Shown piece after piece: positions 9,949 through 19,427 of a stretch of DNA of 64,000 bases (position 1 is the stretch's first letter; every line of letters begins with the position of its first letter). The position numbers and the translations under genes were made by a program. The notes beneath the pieces were generated by a model. It did not search any database, was not told the origin of the DNA, and saw only the letters and a program-made list of their open reading frames with translations. The DNA comes from Spirochaetales bacterium. GTDB lineage: Bacteria; Spirochaetota; Spirochaetia; JABEVK01. The DNA lies in the NCBI GenBank assembly GCA_013044245.1, contig JABEVK010000104.1, forward strand, positions 100-64,099, read 5' to 3'.

Positions 9949-11004
9949 TTAGGGAGATTTCTCCCAGGGCTGAACCGAGGCCTTAAGAAAGCTGGATAAC
10001 TTTCGACTGGACTCTGTATCCAAGTAGAGAAAACCCATTCCATATTCTATTCCGCCCGGTTCCCCGGCAAAGACCTGCCGGCAAATACATTCCAAGGGCC
10101 CAAACACCCAGCGTTTTCCACCGGCTTCAGCCTCAAAAGTTAACTGGTGAACTGCCTTTTTTTCGAGCGGTGACGAGACTCGCACCCGGGCTCCATCGTG
10201 ACTAATATCCAATACCCGGGCAGGACGACGGGTTCCGCTCCTTGTCTCGGTAAGACTGCCAGCAATGGTCTGAACCGGCAAACGTGGCCACCTGCGTTCT
10301 CGGGTCAGGCGCAATCGTTCCAAGGGGCGTAACAGAATTTCTCCCGCAGGCTGAATTTCGACCACCGTAGTTAGTCCTTGTAAAAAGTGAGTTCCCGAAG
10401 CGTAGTTGACCAACATAGCCTGACCTTTGGTCAAGGTAGAGGCTAAAGGTTCGGGAACGAGCACGGTGAAACCTTTTCGCGTCAGCCCTGTCACCACAGA
10501 CGAAACCAAGGAGACCCCTTTTGCTTCAATTAAATCCACCTCTACCGAGTCACCCGTATGCAAAGGGTAGTGAGACCCCATCAAAGTTTGAGGGTCTTTA
10601 CCACTTGCTTTGAGCCGAGACTTTCTCGCATAAAAAAACTCGGCAAACTTTTCAAGTACTGCCGCAGGCACAGCCTGAGCCGCAGGTTCCCGTCGCCGGA
10701 ATTCATCAATAAGGTCATGCAAGGCCGTCTGTTGAACAAGATTCAACGACGATTCTTGCTGAGAATGGCGCTTTGACAAGAGTAGATTTTGACCTCGACG
10801 TTTTTGAAAACCTCGATAAGCCAGAATAAAAATCGTGAGCAGGAGCGCAAGGATCAGCAAACCCAGGTAAAAACCCGAGGGATCAATGCTCCCACCAAAA
10901 CCTTGTGAAAATTGTGTCTGCCAGCTCGCAGAGTTGGGATTCATAGGCCCCCCTTGTCCGAGACTGCCTCTCTCATCATTATATCCCCTACGGATCAAGT
11001 TCAC
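9949..11004 (-). CDS. membrane-anchored YcgR-like PilZ-domain protein (c-di-GMP receptor)
   Basis: One N-terminal TM helix, a PilZN-like middle region, and C-terminal PilZ motifs RERRWPR ... DISHDGARV. Confidence 0.7.
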   Translation of the reverse strand: MNLIRRGYNDERGSLGQGGPMNPNSASWQTQFSQGFGGSIDPSGFYLGLLILALLLTIFILAYRGFQKRRGQNLLLSKRHSQQESSLNLVQQTALHDLIDEFRRREPAAQAVPAAVLEKFAEFFYARKSRLKASGKDPQTLMGSHYPLHTGDSVEVDLIEAKGVSLVSSVVTGLTRKGFTVLVPEPLASTLTKGQAMLVNYASGTHFLQGLTTVVEIQPAGEILLRPLERLRLTRERRWPRLPVQTIAGSLTETRSGTRRPARVLDISHDGARVRVSSPLEKKAVHQLTFEAEAGGKRWVFGPLECICRQVFAGEPGGIEYGMGFLYLDTESSRKLSSFLKASVQPWEKSP

Positions 11005-11019
11005 GAGAACTTCCTTGGG

Positions 11020-11757
11020 GAGAAAATTGTGCCGGATTTTTGGATATTTCTTACTTCGACTGCGCTTTTTGACAGTCTTTCTACCGCTATTCAGATTGTC
11101 ATTTTTGTCTTTTTGCTCTCGACTCGGCGTCCTTTAGCTCATGCCCTCGCCTTTTTCGCGGGAACAAGCCTGGCCTATCTTGCCTGCGGGTTAGTCTTTC
11201 TTTACAACCGTGAAGCGGTAAACGCCTGGTTGGCGCTGTTTCTTCCTAATATGAATTCGATACCAGACCCGAGTTACTATGGCCTTCAGCTGGCTTTTGG
11301 GGCTCTTTGCGTTGTCTTGGGAATCGTTTTTGCCTTTCGCAGTCAAAAGCAAGGACTTTCCCCGATGTTTCAAAGACTTACCCTACTGATCCGTTTTTTG
11401 AACCCCCTGACCGCATTTGCCTTAGGCGCCTTTTTGAGCATCACAGGATTTCCTGTTTCGGTGCCATATCTTGGTGCTCTCGAGAAACTTGGCCAAGCCT
11501 ACGGCAACACGGGGGCTTGGCCGGGAGTTTTGTATTACAACGCGATCTACGCCGTTCCGATGTTGATTCCCCTCATCCTGTACCTTTTGTTACGAAACCA
11601 CGTTACCGATATCGAGGCCAAACTTCACTTTCACACACCAAGGTGGGGATCTATGGTTAACAGTTGGCTTACAGCCCTTTTGGGGCTGGTGTTTGTCCTC
11701 GATTCGGCAGCCTATTTTGGTTGGGGCCACGCTCTTTTGCCCTCACGCTTTTTTTAA
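11020..11757 (+). CDS. polytopic membrane protein (GAP/LysE-like superfamily, uncertain)
   Basis: 6 hydrophobic helices. I chose the GTG start at 11020, just downstream of the divergent PilZ gene, over the 10912 ATG, which overlaps that gene. Confidence 0.5.
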   Translation, partial: EKIVPDFWIFLTSTALFDSLSTAIQIVIFVFLLSTRRPLAHALAFFAGTSLAYLACGLVFLYNREAVNAWLALFLPNMNSIPDPSYYGLQLAFGALCVVLGIVFAFRSQKQGLSPMFQRLTLLIRFLNPLTAFALGAFLSITGFPVSVPYLGALEKLGQAYGNTGAWPGVLYYNAIYAVPMLIPLILYLLLRNHVTDIEAKLHFHTPRWGSMVNSWLTALLGLVFVLDSAAYFGWGHALLPSRFF

Positions 11758-12455
11758 CCGAGGTGCCCGTCAACGGTTACGGTCACTTCGGCATAGGGAA
11801 GATTTTTGCCGCTGGCGCTTAGCGATCTCTTCGTTAAAGCGGCGATACCGGAACAGCAAGGAACATCCATTTTAACGACGGTAATAGAACGGATAGTCCT
11901 GGTTTGCAAGATTCGAGTAAGTTTTTCACTATAGGCGGCTACATCATCAAATTTTGGACACCCTACCATCAAGACATGACCTGGTAAAAGCTGTCGATGA
12001 AAGTCAGCGTACGCAAAAGGTACACAGTCAGCGCACAACAGGAGGTCTGCCTGCTCAAGAAATGGCGCCGAAACAGGAACGAGGTTCCACTGCACCGGCC
12101 ATTGCTGAAGGGCACTCCGCGAAGGTTGAAACCCCTGAGAAGGTTGAAGCGACGGATTGCCTAGCATGCGCACACGACTCCCTGGACATCCTGGCGCAGT
12201 CGGTGGACTTACGAGCATCTTTGGCTGTGCCACGGTAGCAAGCTCTTCTCGAAAAGCTTCTGCTTCACGGTTGACAACGCGAAGGGCCCCTTGGGGGCAA
12301 TCACCTAGGCAGGCTCCGAGTCCATCGCATAAGGCATCACCGACAAGGCGAGCTTTTCCGTCAAGGATTTGCAAAGCCCCTTCATGACAGCCGGGGATAC
12401 AGGCCCCACACCCATTACAAAGCTCTTCATCAATTTCAATAATCAGCCGTTCCAT
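11754..12455 (-). CDS. 4Fe-4S dicluster ferredoxin-domain protein with C-terminal Cys-containing domain
   Basis: Two CX2CX2CX3C motifs (CNGCGACIPGC; CDGLGACLGDC). C-terminal CADC...CPKFDD...PCCSG region. Confidence 0.75.
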   Translation of the reverse strand: MERLIIEIDEELCNGCGACIPGCHEGALQILDGKARLVGDALCDGLGACLGDCPQGALRVVNREAEAFREELATVAQPKMLVSPPTAPGCPGSRVRMLGNPSLQPSQGFQPSRSALQQWPVQWNLVPVSAPFLEQADLLLCADCVPFAYADFHRQLLPGHVLMVGCPKFDDVAAYSEKLTRILQTRTIRSITVVKMDVPCCSGIAALTKRSLSASGKNLPYAEVTVTVDGHLG

Positions 12456-12564
12456 ATACTAACCCTCTAGTTAGTGACTACTTACTTACTATGATTTTTT
12501 TGTCAAGTATGCCCTTGTTGTAAAGGCGCCAGTGAGCTAGACAGCGGTACAAGACATTGATTTG

Positions 12565-13146
12565 TCATGGGTGCATCAAACTAGCAAAAGTATTCCAAAA
12601 GTGCCCGATGCGGTCGACCAAAACCTCTTCTGGCTGGGAACGCCAATTTTCGACTAGCATTCGAACAGGCCCTGTTAGTAATAAAACAACGTGATAAGGG
12701 TTGAGGTCCGGACGAATCGAGCCCTCGGCCTGGCCTTCTGCAACCAGAGTTCGTAAAAGTTGCGCGTGGCTTTCCATAGTCTCGAAGTTCAACGCGGCGA
12801 TAGTCGGTTCGCCACGAAATAGCTCTTCACTAAAGAGGATTACCGTAAGCCCTGGCTGAGTTTGGAACTGACGAGCACGGTCCATAACAAAAGCCTCTAG
12901 CTTTTTAAGAGCGCTTAATCCAGGGCGGGAAGCAATTTCCCTCAAGGCATCTAAGGTTCTTTCGCGAAATAATGATGCTAAGGCCTCAAAAATGTCGGTT
13001 TTTTCTCGAAAGTGTTTGTACAAAGCCGCATCCGTTACACCTACCTCGGCGGCTACTTTTTTCATGGTAAACCCATTAAGCCCATCACGAGCCACGACCC
13101 GGAGCGTGGCTTCTAAGATAGTCGTTTGACGTTCAGTTAGCCTCAT
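12565..13146 (-). CDS. TetR/AcrR-family transcriptional regulator
   Basis: N-terminal HTH (TILEATLRVVARDGLNGFTMKKVAAEVGVTDAALYKHF). I chose the start at MRLTERQ; the upstream ATG would overlap the neighbouring gene extensively. Confidence 0.8.
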   Translation of the reverse strand: MRLTERQTTILEATLRVVARDGLNGFTMKKVAAEVGVTDAALYKHFREKTDIFEALASLFRERTLDALREIASRPGLSALKKLEAFVMDRARQFQTQPGLTVILFSEELFRGEPTIAALNFETMESHAQLLRTLVAEGQAEGSIRPDLNPYHVVLLLTGPVRMLVENWRSQPEEVLVDRIGHFWNTFASLMHP

Positions 13147-13807
13147 CCACAGCTCCTGTATTCCAGCGTACGACTCTTCCTTGAACAGAAAGCACATTTT
13201 CTTGTTCCATTTTGGCCAAGCACCGAGACAACGACGGCCTAGCCACCCCAAAGTACCCTGCTAACGCTTCTTTGCTCAGGGGCAGACGAACAAAGGGCCC
13301 GACCTCGTCGTGTTCTTGGGGTAGAGCCCGCAAATACGAAAGAACCTTACAGCGCAAAGAAAGCGTATTCTGTTCGTGAAGACGCTCGGCGAGAAAAGCT
13401 AACTTTCCCGCTACCGTCGCTAAAAGGGCTCGAAGAAAAACAGGGTTTCTCCCAGCGAACTCCAAGACTTCTTCGGTAGGCCAAACATGAAGTTCTACAT
13501 CGGTTGTTGCCGTGACGCGGACGGGACATAGCGGAGGTTGCGCAAAGCTCGGAGCAGGCGCCAAGCATGCAGGGCCATCCAACCAATCCACAGCCAAACC
13601 TTCTTGGGCCTCACCGCCCGGCAAGCGCGTTTCAATGCGGCCTTTGAGAAGGACTTCAAAAGATCCAAGGATATCCCCTTCAAAGTGCAACACCGTCGCT
13701 TTGGGGTAATGAACACGTCGGCCCGGGTATTCTGCTAAAAATTTAAGGCTTTCTTTTTCACCAGCTCGCGCAAAAATCTCTATACGATTCCAAAATTCCA
13801 AACCCAT
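13133..13807 (-). CDS. Crp/Fnr-family transcriptional regulator, HcpR-like (no N-terminal FNR Cys cluster)
   Basis: cNMP-binding beta-roll plus C-terminal HTH (EALAGYFGVARPSLSRCLAKMEQENVL). Divergent from hcp. Confidence 0.8.
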   Translation of the reverse strand: MGLEFWNRIEIFARAGEKESLKFLAEYPGRRVHYPKATVLHFEGDILGSFEVLLKGRIETRLPGGEAQEGLAVDWLDGPACLAPAPSFAQPPLCPVRVTATTDVELHVWPTEEVLEFAGRNPVFLRALLATVAGKLAFLAERLHEQNTLSLRCKVLSYLRALPQEHDEVGPFVRLPLSKEALAGYFGVARPSLSRCLAKMEQENVLSVQGRVVRWNTGAVDEAN

Positions 13808-13843
13808 TCCTCTTTTTTAGGAAATATCGTCACCTAGGTTACG

Positions 13844-13859
13844 GTAAGTGTACGCTTAC
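13844..13859. promoter_or_regulatory. candidate HcpR (Crp/Fnr-type) operator GTAAGTGTACGCTTAC (5-6-5 dyad, 14/16 symmetric) upstream of hcp
   Basis: Dyad with CRP-like 5-N6-5 geometry in the hcpR-hcp divergent region. Followed by a direct repeat CATAGATTTG x2 and RBS GGGAGG. Confidence 0.4.
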
Positions 13860-13901
13860 TAACATAGATTTGTAGCATAGATTTGCCGGGAGGAAAAGAC
13901 C

Positions 13902-15518
13902 ATGTTTTGTTTTCAATGCCAAGAAGCCGCCAAGGGAACCGGATGTACCCTGAGGGGTGTTTGCGGAAAGACCCCAGAAACCGCTGGGTCACAAGATTTG
14001 CTGATTTGGAGCCTGAAGGGTTTGGCGCTTGCCGCACAGAACGCTCCGGCGGGAACCGATTTAACGTATGAAACACGATTTCTCGCCCGCTCGTTATTTG
14101 CGACAATCACCAATGCTAACTTTGATACTGACCGGATTAAGGCTCTCGTCCGCGAAGCCTTAACGCTGAGGAATAACCTGGTGGCACGCTTTACCCCCAA
14201 AACAAGCAGTGACTACCTGTCCTGGGACGGGAAAACCGATGCCGAATGGGATGCTCAAAGTCTGCTTGTTGGAGTCCTCGCCACACAAGACCCCGATGTC
14301 CGTTCCCTAAAAGAGTTAATCACCTACGGTCTCAAAGGGATTGCCGCTTACGTTGAACATGCCGCTGTCTTGGGACACCGCGACAGCCAAGTCGATGCGT
14401 TTTTTATTGAAGCGCTTGCCGAGGTAACAAAAGAGCTGAGTGTGGATGAGCTGGTAGCCTTGACCTTAAAGTCAGGAAATGTCGCGGTCGCTGGCATGGC
14501 GCTACTCGATAAAGCGAATACCTCGACCTATGGGAATCCTGAAATCACGCAGGTTAATCTGGGTGTTCGACAAAACCCGGGAATTTTAATTTCTGGCCAT
14601 GATTTAAAAGACCTAGAAGAATTACTTAAACAGACCCAAGGTACCGGAGTCGATGTCTACACGCACTCGGAAATGCTTCCTGCCCACTCGTATCCTGCGT
14701 TTAAAAAGTATGAAAACTTTATCGGGAACTACGGTTCGAGTTGGTGGCACCAAGATAAGGAATTTGAAAGTTTTCATGGCCCGATTTTAATGACAACAAA
14801 CTGTATTGTTCCCCCCAAGGACAGCTACAAGAGTCGTTTGTTTACAACGGGAATGGCAGGTTATCCGGGTTGCCAGCATATTTCCGAGGCCTCTACAGGC
14901 AAGGCCAAGGACTTCTCACCGCTTATCCAGCTAGCAAAAACCTGTTCTGCGCCTCAAGAACTTGAAACAGGGACCATTTTAGGCGGCTTTGCCCACGACC
15001 AAGTCAGTAAATTGGCCGACAAGGTGGTGGCAGCAGTTAAATCTGGTGCCATCAAAAAGTTTGTGGTCATGGCGGGTTGTGATGGGCGCTTTAAGGAACG
15101 CGACTATTTTACGGGGGTCGCTCAGGCACTGCCGCAAGATGTGGTCATTTTGACGGCTGGTTGTGCCAAATATCGCTACAACAAACTCAACCTTGGCGAT
15201 ATCGGTGGTATTCCCCGGGTGTTGGATGCCGGACAATGCAACGACAGTTATTCATTAGCACTCACGGCCCTCAAGCTGAAAGAGGTGTTTGCCCTGAGCG
15301 ACGTCAACGAATTGCCCTTGGCCTTTGATATCGCTTGGTACGAGCAAAAGGCTGTCGCGGTACTCTTAGCCCTGTTGGCCTTGGGCTTCAAGAATATTCG
15401 CCTGGGCCCGACACTTCCGGCGTTTTTGTCTCCCAACGTCACTCAAGTCCTCGTGAAGAACTTTGGGATTCAGGGGACAACTACCGTCGAAGCCGACGTG
15501 CAAGCCATCATGGCCTAA
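13902..15518 (+). CDS. hcp: hybrid-cluster protein / hydroxylamine reductase
   Basis: Diagnostic N-terminus [23 protein letters not shown] (hybrid-cluster Cys motif). About 540 aa. RBS GGGAGG. Confidence 0.92.
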   Translation: MFCFQCQEAAKGTGCTLRGVCGKTPETAGSQDLLIWSLKGLALAAQNAPAGTDLTYETRFLARSLFATITNANFDTDRIKALVREALTLRNNLVARFTPKTSSDYLSWDGKTDAEWDAQSLLVGVLATQDPDVRSLKELITYGLKGIAAYVEHAAVLGHRDSQVDAFFIEALAEVTKELSVDELVALTLKSGNVAVAGMALLDKANTSTYGNPEITQVNLGVRQNPGILISGHDLKDLEELLKQTQGTGVDVYTHSEMLPAHSYPAFKKYENFIGNYGSSWWHQDKEFESFHGPILMTTNCIVPPKDSYKSRLFTTGMAGYPGCQHISEASTGKAKDFSPLIQLAKTCSAPQELETGTILGGFAHDQVSKLADKVVAAVKSGAIKKFVVMAGCDGRFKERDYFTGVAQALPQDVVILTAGCAKYRYNKLNLGDIGGIPRVLDAGQCNDSYSLALTALKLKEVFALSDVNELPLAFDIAWYEQKAVAVLLALLALGFKNIRLGPTLPAFLSPNVTQVLVKNFGIQGTTTVEADVQAIMA

Positions 15519-15552
15519 GGAAAAGCCTCAGGGGAAACTAACCGAATTCGTT

Positions 15553-16686
15553 TTAAGCGGATTCTTCGGGTGGCTCGAGGGGTAACCAGAGCGTAAACTC
15601 TGTCCCCTCGGGTCCACTAATAAACGTGACACGCCCCCCCAAAACAGATTCTCCCAAAAGCTTCATGCTATAGGTCCCTAGGCCTCGGTCGGGGGACTTC
15701 GTCGAGAAAGAACGCTGAAAAATCTGCAACTGAACGTCGTGCGGAATGCTCCCCGGGTTATGAACCGCAAACCTTACTCCACCTTTAACGCTTTCAACGC
15801 TAATCGTAACAGCTTGGCCGGAATGGATCGCTTCGAGCGCATTTTTGAGCATATTTACCAACACACGCTGAAGAAGAAGCTTATCACTGACTAAAGGCAA
15901 CGAATCACTCGGCACGATGACCGTAATCGTTTTTTGATGTCCTACCGAATGCACCCGCATTTTGTCGGACACATCGCGGACTAAAGAGGCCGCATCAAGC
16001 GGCTCGGAATTTCGCACCAAAGAACCCGATTCGGCCATTTTTAATTGACGAAAAGCAAGAATTTCGTCGAGTAGGTCGCCGCTAGAACGGTGCGACAACG
16101 TCAAAAGATCACGGGAATCGGAATTATTTAAGTCTACCATTTCTGTGAGAATCTGCAGGGCGCCATGAAGCCCACCCGCAGAGTTCACGACATCATGAAA
16201 GAAGATTCGCTCCAAAGTTTTTCGGCGCTTTTCATGACTGATATCCTGGATCGAGACGACCAAAAAGCTTCGCTCTTCCAATTGCCATGGTGCCGAGGAA
16301 ACCTCCAGATCTAATGCGGCCGAGGAATTACCACGCTGAATTGTTAAACGGCACTCACCTACCACTCTTTTATTTTGTTTCCGACTATCGATCAAGGTCC
16401 TGAAAGCTCCACATACCGAGCAGGCTTCAGAAGTGCCACAACCGTCTCGGCCTTGAGGCACATGGCAACAGCCCAAGGCTTCTCCAAACCGTCGACCTAG
16501 GTAGTCCTGAGTTTGCCCTAGCTCCCAACTCTGACAAAACGCTTCTGAGGCCCAAATAATTTGCCTCTGTTCGTTCAGAACCAAAATCTGTCCGTTCAAG
16601 GCCAATGCGAACTGAGTCAGCGAGGCTTGGCTTTGTACTAGCTCATAATCGTTCCAAAGTTGATTTGGGGTAGCTCGCGATAACAC
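15553..16686 (-). CDS. cytoplasmic sensor histidine kinase with Cys-rich PAS-like N-terminal domain
   Basis: HATPase_c motifs (NMLKNALEA, GLGTYSMKLL). H-box region ISHEKRRKTLERIFFHDVVN. N-terminal insert CCHVPQGRDGCGTSEACSVCG. No TM segments. Confidence 0.8.
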   Translation of the reverse strand: MLSRATPNQLWNDYELVQSQASLTQFALALNGQILVLNEQRQIIWASEAFCQSWELGQTQDYLGRRFGEALGCCHVPQGRDGCGTSEACSVCGAFRTLIDSRKQNKRVVGECRLTIQRGNSSAALDLEVSSAPWQLEERSFLVVSIQDISHEKRRKTLERIFFHDVVNSAGGLHGALQILTEMVDLNNSDSRDLLTLSHRSSGDLLDEILAFRQLKMAESGSLVRNSEPLDAASLVRDVSDKMRVHSVGHQKTITVIVPSDSLPLVSDKLLLQRVLVNMLKNALEAIHSGQAVTISVESVKGGVRFAVHNPGSIPHDVQLQIFQRSFSTKSPDRGLGTYSMKLLGESVLGGRVTFISGPEGTEFTLWLPLEPPEESA

Positions 16687-16699
16687 GGAATGACTCCTG

Positions 16700-16764
16700 T
16701 CACTAAAAAAATTAGTTTCTCAAATTCTAGTGAATTTTCTTGAAGATTTCCACTAATCTAGTGA
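16700..16764. promoter_or_regulatory. cluster of TAGTGA/TCACTA half-sites in divergent promoter region (sensor kinase / membrane protein)
   Basis: TCACTA at 16700, TAGTGA at 16728, and CACTAatcTAGTGA at 16751-16764 (inverted pair). Confidence 0.35.
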
Positions 16765-16800
16765 CTTGAATCCGACAAATCGCTCGATTACAATACAACT

Positions 16801-17349
16801 ATGGCTCGTTTAACAAAGTTTCTCAAAAACCTGCTTCGGCTGATTTTTTTTACCATAGCCATTGCCAGCATTCTTTTCACCGTGCAAAGCATTTGGCATG
16901 TATTTACCCCAATCATTACCTATGTGGACCAGGATGTGAATCTTGCCACCTCAACCCTTTCGGTCCAAGTCATGACGGGTGTTTCTATTGCCGCCTTGGT
17001 TCTGTTCTTTGTTTTTCTTGCCATCGCCATTCTTCACCGAGGCATCAACAATCGACAGTTTGTCAGCTCTTTTTTTCGAAACATCTTGTCGTCGGTCATC
17101 TTTGTCGTATCCGACTGGGCTTTTAGCACCCTTCAAAAGCAGGGACGGTTTTACCTTCTATTGGCCTTGGTGCTAACGTTGATCATCACCATTATCCTCA
17201 TTGAAATGGTGGCCAAAGCATCGAACCAAAAGGCCGAAATCTCGATGCGAACCGATCTCATGTCGTCCGTCACGGCCGGTTTGGCCTTTGGCCTTATTTT
17301 AGCGACGGGCCAATTCACTTGGGGCTGGGTAAAACATTTTATCCCTTGA
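16801..17349 (+). CDS. hypothetical membrane protein (4 TM)
   Basis: Hydrophobic helices. No recognisable domain. Confidence 0.5.
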   Translation: MARLTKFLKNLLRLIFFTIAIASILFTVQSIWHVFTPIITYVDQDVNLATSTLSVQVMTGVSIAALVLFFVFLAIAILHRGINNRQFVSSFFRNILSSVIFVVSDWAFSTLQKQGRFYLLLALVLTLIITIILIEMVAKASNQKAEISMRTDLMSSVTAGLAFGLILATGQFTWGWVKHFIP

Positions 17350-17407
17350 GCCTAATGCGCCCCGCCAAGCGAGTGCAATTTCTGAGGTTTATTCACCGCT
17401 TTCAGGC

Positions 17408-18634
17408 TTATTCGCCACGTGGTGAAAGGCCCCACGCTTGACCTCCCACCAATTGTCCTTCCAACTGTTGATACACTGGCAAGATGTCTTGAAGAAATGC
17501 AGGGTCAATACTGACCGCTTGGTCAGCTATACGTCGGCAATACCCGCACTTGTCACATTCTTGGTCAAGGCAGCTGACTTTTTCGAAACGATCAAGAAAA
17601 TTGGCAGGAATCTTTTGGGAGTCAATGTGAATAGGATTTTTTTCCTGCGAAAAAAATATTCCTTGATTTTTTAAAAACTTAAGAGCGGACCCAGAGAGGC
17701 CTAACGGCATTTTCCAGAATCGGAAAGTTTTAAGCCACCACCAGCGTTCAAACCGGGGGGCCGGTTTCTGAAAGCCCCAAGACAGGAGTAAATCGGCCAA
17801 GTTCCCCTCCCACCGGCGATCGTGGTAGGCCTGAGCCCTTTGAACCAAGGCGTAAGAAGGGATATTCCGCTCCAGAAGTTTAAAAGTTGTGTACCCAATT
17901 TTTTCGTACCGAGGGGTGTCTTCGGGCCGAATCCAACCCGCTGAGATGAACAGCTCTTTATGGGTCAGACGATTTTTTTGACACTGAATGATCGGGTAGT
18001 CGATGTAGAACTTAGGATTGGTCACACTAGCATGCGCATGACCATTTTGATGCTGAATCTGATACGGGCAGTTGGGCTGGCAAAAATGGTTCGCAATAAG
18101 CACCAGATCAGCCTTAACCGCCTGACGAATGGCAGATAATTTTTCAAAATCCCGATTAATAGAAAAAGACTCTAAATTAATGGCGTCAGCACCTAAATCT
18201 TCCCAGTAACGAGCTCGTTTGACAGTATCGACCTGAGCGTAGATCCCTACCTTGACCTTAAAGCGAGGCCACCGTTTCTTAACAATTTGCACTAAATACG
18301 GGGCGGTAATGGTGAGGGTATCTACCTTCTGCTCATCTAACCAGGCCAACAGCCCCTCTAGTTGGCGGTGAAAGCGAGGTGTCCACTCTTCATTGCCAAA
18401 ACAGGCGGCATTCAAAAGGTAGTTGAACTCCATTCCTGCCGCATGAACAGCCTGAATATAAGCGGCAAGTCCCTTTTTGGACAAACGAGTCGCCATAAAC
18501 GAGGGTCGCCCCCCACCTACCGAGTCAAACGGAAGTTTTCCATAAATTTCAAAAGCCCCGGCTGCCTTCAATTGAGGCAGAATTTCGAGGTCGTAATTGG
18601 CTGGGACGGTCAAACGCATAGAGAATAATACCAT
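17408..18634 (-). CDS. peptidase U32-family protein (UbiU/RlhA/PrtC-like)
   Basis: N-terminus MRLTVPANYDLEILPQLKAAGAFEIYGKL parallels U32 proteins (e.g. E. coli YhbU MELLCPAGNLPALKAAIENGADAVYIGLK). Conserved Cys in HFCQPNCPY. Confidence 0.7.
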   Translation of the reverse strand: MVLFSMRLTVPANYDLEILPQLKAAGAFEIYGKLPFDSVGGGRPSFMATRLSKKGLAAYIQAVHAAGMEFNYLLNAACFGNEEWTPRFHRQLEGLLAWLDEQKVDTLTITAPYLVQIVKKRWPRFKVKVGIYAQVDTVKRARYWEDLGADAINLESFSINRDFEKLSAIRQAVKADLVLIANHFCQPNCPYQIQHQNGHAHASVTNPKFYIDYPIIQCQKNRLTHKELFISAGWIRPEDTPRYEKIGYTTFKLLERNIPSYALVQRAQAYHDRRWEGNLADLLLSWGFQKPAPRFERWWWLKTFRFWKMPLGLSGSALKFLKNQGIFFSQEKNPIHIDSQKIPANFLDRFEKVSCLDQECDKCGYCRRIADQAVSIDPAFLQDILPVYQQLEGQLVGGQAWGLSPRGE

Positions 18635-18719
18635 GAAGCGTCAGACCTGCAAACCCAGTCCTTGATTCCTTTGCCAACTAACATTACACTGTTACTAGTC
18701 CGCTCTTCAGGAGATAAGC

Positions 18720-19157
18720 ATGAAGAACAAGGTGGATTTTCCAACCATCAACGCTAAAACGCCCGACGGCCTCAAGGACGACGGTACGCCCTACCGTGTT
18801 CTGGTAGTCGATGACTCGATGTTTGTCACCAAACAGATCGGTCAGATTTTGACCTCCGAAGGCTTTGAAGTCGTAGCAACTGCTCCCGACGGAGAAGCCG
18901 GAGTCGAAAAGTACAAAGAATTGTTTCCCAACGTCGATTTGGTGACCATGGATATTACCATGCCCAAAATGGATGGGGTAACAGCTCTCGAGAAAATCAG
19001 AGAATTTGATTCCGAGGCAAGAGTGATCATGGTTAGCGCCTTAGGAAAACAAGACCTCGTCAAAGATGCTCTGGTCAAAGGGGCCAAGAATTATATCGTT
19101 AAACCCCTCGACCGAGAAAAAGTTCTCGAGAGAGTAGTCAACTCTTTGAAAAAGTGA
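18720..19157 (+). CDS. single-domain response regulator (CheY-like receiver)
   Basis: VLVVDDSMFV ... DITMPKMDG ... VSALG ... KPLD receiver motifs. No output domain. Confidence 0.85.
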   Translation: MKNKVDFPTINAKTPDGLKDDGTPYRVLVVDDSMFVTKQIGQILTSEGFEVVATAPDGEAGVEKYKELFPNVDLVTMDITMPKMDGVTALEKIREFDSEARVIMVSALGKQDLVKDALVKGAKNYIVKPLDREKVLERVVNSLKK

Positions 19158-19393
19158 TCTGTCGAGCCGGCTGTGGCGCCTGCTGTATAGCTCCGTCAAT
19201 TTCTTCTCTCGCCAAGCCGGCAGGTGTTAGGTGTATTCACCTTGATAGCAGAAATTTGTGTCGCTTGTGGGGCGATCCTAAACGTCCTTCGGTATGCTCT
19301 TCGCTGAATCCAGAGCCTTCAATGTGTGGGAACAACCGTACCGAGGCCTTGGAACTGCTTGCCACCTGGGAACGGTTGACCTTACCGGATTGA
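19154..19393 (+). CDS. YkgJ-family CxxCxxCC cysteine-cluster protein
   Basis: N-terminal CRAGCGACC motif. GTG start overlaps the CheY TGA stop (GTGA). Confidence 0.6.
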   Translation: MICRAGCGACCIAPSISSLAKPAGVRCIHLDSRNLCRLWGDPKRPSVCSSLNPEPSMCGNNRTEALELLATWERLTLPD

Positions 19394-19427
19394 CGCCTCG
19401 CGAGATTTCCTCTCATAATAACAAACT

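Noticed and set aside
11307-11660. 117-aa alternative-frame ORF inside the membrane-protein gene
   Set aside because: It sits on the same strand in a different frame, fully embedded in the hydrophobic protein. It has no independent support.
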